A DNA stretch of 63,025 bases, filler included, from Basidiobolus meristosporus CBS 931.73 (Eukaryota; Fungi; Basidiobolomycota): assembly GCA_002104905.1 (NCBI GenBank). It is 3 parts of 3 records of this genome, joined end to end, with 100 filler letters (N's around TTAATTAATTAA, not from the genome) between each part and the next. Parts side by side here need not be neighbours in the genome. Positions count along the whole stretch, not along the records: positions 50,290 to 63,025 come from MCFE01001228.1; 2 more parts are not named here. One strand, written 5' to 3'. This document shows, in pieces, positions 57,955 through 63,025 of the stretch (its first letter is position 1; every line of letters begins with the position of its first letter). The notes beneath the pieces were generated by a model, which saw nothing but the letters and a program-made list of their open reading frames with translations, was not told where the DNA came from and did not search any database. The translations under genes and the position numbers were made by a program.

Positions 57955-58700
57955 TACCAGCAAATGAGGTGCTTTAGACTGAACCAGATGGTTATCTTGT
58001 GATCTTATTTTGGACTACTTGGGCTTTTGTACACATTGAAAAATAATTGGTTGCTGTTATAATGAATTGTTCTTCATTCTTTGTTCTCATAAAGGGGCCA
58101 ACAAAGCCAGCCCTTACTTGGTGGAAGGGTAGGTCATCTGGTATAGGTGTGGTTGTCCCTTTTAACTTCAGTTAAATATCTTGCAGGTGGTGCATCTTTG
58201 CAGTGTGATTGTGATATTGATCATCATTTTTTTCCAATAGAACTTTATTCTTACCATTTTGTGTGTTAATATGAAGTTGGCATGCCATAGTGACTTATGT
58301 CTTACATGTATAATTTCTTTGTGGGTGGCTGTTGGGTTACTTTGGGTCTGTATTGTCCTTAGAGGAGCTATAGTCATTTTTGTTGTACTTCATACTTACA
58401 ATATTCTCTTTGAAACCCTTTCTACTAGTAGTTTGTACTAATATGTCCAGGATACTTCCCCCCTGTCTTAAAGCAGATTACTCCCTCATAATTATTACTG
58501 ATGCACACCTGGCAAATAAGATAGCAACTGAGGAAGTTGGCATCCTGGTGTTTCTTGCTGGCGCAGTGCAATATTGCAAGATATAAGTTTCTATTTTTTA
58601 TCAGCCAGACCAGTGTGCTGTAGTCTATTGCAGTTATGAATTGGCAACCATGTAAATATGTATGGAATTCTTTCAACAATAAACAATAGCCAGACACTCT
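57955..58700 (-). pseudogene. Decayed Ty3/Gypsy pol fragment (RNase H - integrase)
   Basis: KEFHTYLHG..F...DYS.L.WL (RNase H), H.....KFYW.KM......CTTC (zinc domain) and PFHQV..GFVGP (integrase core). Confidence 0.7.
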
Positions 58701-61057
58701 ATCTTGGTAATGGGTTAGTTAGGCTTGTGATTGCTAAGCAAACAAGTATTTTCTTTCAATAACAGCAATGCAGGCAATGGGAATATATTAATTCTTCTTA
58801 CAAAGCCATTCTGAGGTATAACGTACCATGTATATAGTACAAACAGCACAAGCATGGTTGAAAGGGTATTGGTGGAGAGAGTTTGTGCCAAGAGAGTTTG
58901 AACTAGGGCTTAAAGTTTCAGATTAAGAGAAGCTGAAAAAACTATGTTAAGATATTAAATTCAGATTCAAAGCAAGTATTATATTTAAATTGGAATTTTG
59001 AAAAAGCTCAAACAAAGACTTTGAGTAAAATTCAAAGTTTTATGTTAAAAAAAGCTTGGTTGATATAGTATGAAATCTAACAAGAGTTTGGTCAGTATAG
59101 TTTAAAGTTTTAGAGTGATTAAGTATGGCTGACCCAGTTTCAAACAACATATTTTATCTCATTTTTTAAAAAATCTAATGCTGTTAGATCTTAGCAAAGC
59201 TTGCTAAACCAACAGATGCTTTCTAGTAGATATATGCTTATAATCTATAATAATTGGATATTCTTGTTTTACCTTTTGTAAAAGCATTTATTTGACTTTT
59301 GCTTAAATTCAGAAACCTTTTTGGTCCCCATAAGTTATCATTGTCATAAGTTATTTTATATAAAAAATTTGGTTTTTGAATAATGCTTGGATTTCACTGC
59401 ATTTTACCCAGGATATATCTGGTTTAGAGAACTTGCAGATTGTATAAGTGTTTAGAAGCTTAGTTTCTGCATTTGGTGCAAGCACAGACATATTTAATCA
59501 CCTTTGGTTCCCACAAATAAATTTGTACTTCTCTAAAGCTTTTTGGATCTAGGAAAAATTCTTTGTAAAATCAATAATTTTGCACATATTATGTAAACTA
59601 TATTGAAGATTTGCAAAACATTCAGATACATGATGAAGTTTAAACATGGCAGCAATGCTATACTTAGTGGTAAATTTTTTTCTTTGGTTTCTTGTATAAT
59701 TAGCTTACTATGGCCATATTATTTTCATATATTCTGCGCTGTGTTTTTGGTGCCAATTAACACATGTTGTACTACATTCAATTTGTATATACCTGTTTGT
59801 TTAAGAGTCTACTTAGAATATAGTATATTATTAATTTCAACTTCTATGGGACTCCATTCTTGGAATGGTGTTTGGTTTATGCAAAAAAAATATTAGTTAC
59901 ATGATTCTATTCTTAATCAGCAGTAGTGCTAATATGTTTCCATTTATGAATCTTGAAGAGCTGTTTATCATAGGTAAAAGTCATTCTGTCATCATACCTT
60001 TATACCTATCAAGCATGTGAATAGATGGAAACACATTCTGAGGCATGTAGGATGTATATTCATATAAATCTGGGCTTAATGTCATAAAAAAGATTTCATG
60101 TAAGAAAGTTGTTCAGATAATTTATATTGGATCAGATCTTTTTTGTGGCAAATAATCATGTCTGAAATAAAATATTTGTTAGGATTAATTTGTTCTATAT
60201 CCAAGAAGACTTCAAAATGTCAAATGTCAGATACTACTCTTGGGAGGAGTTGCAGGTTTGTTTAAATTATATTTTTTAATAAAACTTTTAGATTGCTTTG
60301 CAACAAGGTGTCTGATATTTTTTGGAATAAATACTTTGCTGCCTCACATACAAAGTGTGCAAACTTTGACAGTTGAAAAAGAATTTCTGAGTTAAACTGG
60401 TCATTAGCAGGACCTCTAGTTCAACAAATCCCAATAACTCACTGTTGTTTAGTAAGTTCTGTTAACTCCATTCTTAATCATGAAATTTTTTTGACTGTCA
60501 TTATTTCTTAGCAGGTTTGATATAAAGAGGATTAATTCTAAGGTAGCAAACAGCTTTAATTTCTGAGCTTAGTACCAAGTTATATCACTTGCCTATGAGT
60601 TTTTGCGCTTAAAAGTAGTATTGGATATAGCTTTGTGGTTGCTAATTTGTTGGTATTAAAATTTGCTGCTAATTCTAGTTAGCTTTATTTGTTTTTCAAT
60701 ATACATAGTATATAGCAAGTTATCAAAGCCACTAGTAGATTTAAGTGTGTAAATTCTGGATTCTGTAGCTATAGTATTATCCATATTTAATTCTAATTGT
60801 GCACACTTTCCTAAGCACTTTTAAATATTTATATAGCGTCCAATAGAGATTTGTCATCCATGTTTAATATTAATAAGCTATTTAGTTATGTATTTGAATT
60901 TAATCATTAACAAGTAGTCTTGTCAGCTTTATGTTTTTAAATATAGCTTATGTACTGAACTTAAACCTGATGTTTATACTTTGTTTTTAAGTTTTGAATA
61001 TGATGTTTGTTAATTGTTTTTGAAATCTAAAGTTTCTGTTAAGTTACATTTTGTACT

Positions 61058-61200
61058 TAAATATAATCTCAGCAAACCTTTTGTCAATCTTGGTTTTATA
61101 CATAAGTACAATCTCAGCAAACTCTTTATGAAACTTAGTATTGATACTTGAGTGTAATCTTGGCAAATGATTTGTTAAACTTGGCTTTGTACCTAAGTAG
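61058..61200. repeat. Three degenerate ~47-bp tandem units (AATCTCAGCAAAC core)
   Basis: Seen directly. Confidence 0.6.
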
Positions 61201-61339
61201 ACTATCCCAGTATTGGTGTCACAAGTCTTTGCCTATAAATAGTAATTTGGCCCTGCAGATTGATCCAATTCAGAGCAGCTATCAAGATCCCACAATGAGG
61301 TTGTTATAATGCTGGCAGCTGAGAACCATTGCCCTTGTT

Positions 61340-61519
61340 GTATCCAAGAGCAAATATAATAAAAGTCATTAATGGTCTAACTGAACCCAAGTGACAACTA
61401 AATGCAGAATCTCAGAGTTGTCTGGGAATGGCAGAAATATTAACAGAGAGGCTCTGGTTTGATATTGGACTTGTCTATAGCTGGGTTTAGCTTTAAAGGC
61501 AAAAGAGTTGGTTTGCTAT
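61340..61519 (-). repeat. Degenerate fragment of the chromovirus LTR family
   Basis: Resembles 28620-28780. Confidence 0.6.
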
Positions 61520-61899
61520 TGTTATGATCCGCCGCTTGAATGTTTAAGTTAGATCAGTTTTTAGTCAAATCAGTTAGTATATGTTTAGGTTATCAGTACA
61601 TCAGTATTATCTATGAAATCAGTAGCATTAGTCAGCAAATGAATCAGCAGATCCTTATCAGACAGAAATAGATATATTAAGTAGGATCTTATTGGGTGAT
61701 GATGATGCAATCAAATGAGTCATCAGCCACAACCTACATTAGGAAATACAATTAGTCAGCAATTGATCTGGCAAAATGTATATAAGGAGCTGCTGGAACC
61801 TCAATAAAAATCAGTTCAAGTTTTAGTGAATACAATACTAGCTAAACTCCCTATTCCTCTACAACTCTTATACCAAGACTTGTAACATTGGTAGCAGCG
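61520..61899 (+). mobile_element. 5' LTR (61520-61887) and tRNA PBS (TGGTAGCAGCG, 61889-61899) of a second Ty3/Gypsy family
   Basis: TGTTA...TAACA termini. The PBS starts with TGG and resembles the 3' end of initiator tRNA-Met. Confidence 0.85.
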
Positions 61900-61945
61900 A
61901 TAACCAGAAACCTCCCTCCTGAAGAAAGAAGAAACCACCCTCAAG

Positions 61946-63025
61946 ATGTCGGACAATCAAGAATGGAAGAATGCCATGCAGCAAATCCTGGCCCAACAGC
62001 AACAGCTACTCCAGATCCTCAGCCAACAGCAACAAGGAATGACTACCATGGCTCAGAGCCAGCAAAGCCCTGTCAAGAGCAACTTTAGTGTGAAGGTCAA
62101 CCGGTACCATGGCAGAGTCAATGAAAACCTGGGAACTTGGCTCTTTCAGATTGAAGAAGCTTTTAAAGCTAAAGGAATTGCTCCAGAGAGCAAGTTGCAT
62201 TATGCAGCTTCTTACCTGGCAGATGCAGCTTTACAGTGGTACCACAACAAGATCAGGTCAGCTACTATGATGGGATGCTCTACAATCTCTACCTGGGATG
62301 AGTTTGTGTCGGAAATTCAGGATGCTTTTGAACCTCCACACCAGCAGACACTACTAAGAAGGAAGTTAAAGACACTCAGACAGAAAGGAATGGTGCAAGA
62401 ATACATCTATGAGTACAGATGTCTACTTGGACAAATTGAAAGAATGGACCCCTTGGATCAAGTTGAATACTTTATTGATGGGTTGAAAGAAAGAACTCGC
62501 AAGGAAGTCAATTACCAAAGACCTCAGACTATTGAAGAAGCCATCAAGATTGCCATTGACTATGACTCAGCTATGTTTGGAGTTGGGAAGCCTACAGTGA
62601 CTAGTCAGAAAGGCTATAATCATTATGAAAGAAGACAATCAGAAGCAGTACCAATGGAAATAGACGCTATGCAGAAGAATCCCTCCTCAGAAGAATGCAA
62701 GAAGAGAGGACTTTGCTTCAATTGCCACCAGCAGGGACATATTGCAAAGTACTGCCCTCAGAGAAGAAATGGACACCAGCCAACAAGAACCTTCAACCAT
62801 ATTGAGTCCCATGAACACAATAATGAGGAAGATGAGCTTGAAGAAGACTCGGAACTCACCTTCCATATGACAGAAGAGTACTTGTCCCAAATGACTTCAA
62901 ACTCAGGGAAGTTATTGTACCTGAATGGAGCAATCAATGGAGTACCTGCCAAGATCATGATTGACTCAGGAGCATCGCATGAGTACATGTCAGAGCAATT
63001 TGCTTTGAAAGCTGGAATCAACTCG
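61946..63025 (+). CDS. Gag-protease of the second Ty3/Gypsy element, open to the window edge (360 codons)
   Basis: MSDNQEWK...WLFQIEEAF...YLADAALQWY...TWDEF...LRQ...VQEY...FIDGLK...PMEID...CFNCHQQGHIAKYC...IMIDSGAS, with no stop. It is absent from the ORF track because it runs off the window. Confidence 0.92.
   Translation, partial: MSDNQEWKNAMQQILAQQQQLLQILSQQQQGMTTMAQSQQSPVKSNFSVKVNRYHGRVNENLGTWLFQIEEAFKAKGIAPESKLHYAASYLADAALQWYHNKIRSATMMGCSTISTWDEFVSEIQDAFEPPHQQTLLRRKLKTLRQKGMVQEYIYEYRCLLGQIERMDPLDQVEYFIDGLKERTRKEVNYQRPQTIEEAIKIAIDYDSAMFGVGKPTVTSQKGYNHYERRQSEAVPMEIDAMQKNPSSEECKKRGLCFNCHQQGHIAKYCPQRRNGHQPTRTFNHIESHEHNNEEDELEEDSELTFHMTEEYLSQMTSNSGKLLYLNGAINGVPAKIMIDSGASHEYMSEQFALKAGINS

Overview
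Eukaryotic, almost certainly fungal, genomic DNA. An early-diverging lineage (Zoopagomycota/Mucoromycota-like) is inferred from the short introns, the BRAT1- and Aquarius-like genes and the TE types. The window has two compartments. (1) A compact, GC- and CpG-rich gene island at ~34.6-50.2 kb contains a divergent UDP-glucose 4-epimerase (GAL10/galE) / galactokinase (GAL1) pair, followed directly by GDP-mannose pyrophosphorylase (PSA1/MPG1). It then has a tiny spliced DUF4536/DMAC1-like gene missed by the ORF track, a CLASP_N protein, a BRAT1-like HEAT protein ending in E-C-Y, and the 5' part of Aquarius, cut by an assembly gap. (2) Nested, CpG-depleted transposon DNA lies on both sides (1-34.6 kb and 50.3-63 kb). 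It holds an IS5/ISL2EU-type transposase relic, four decayed CACTA/EnSpm (Transposase_21) copies, one intact 5.9-kb Ty3/Gypsy chromovirus (1494-aa ORF, ~99% identical LTRs), the 5' end of a second open Gypsy, several Ty5-like Copia copies and solo LTRs, a ~1.07-kb LTR family with 4-bp TSDs, a 730-bp fold-back palindrome and a TAAAGGGG array. Two 100-nt gaps carry an artificial TTAATTAATTAA linker. The most interesting candidate system is a GAL7-less GAL10-GAL1-MPG1 nucleotide-sugar cluster. All calls are from reading the sequence by eye; no database searches were run, and TE boundaries without TSD support are approximate.
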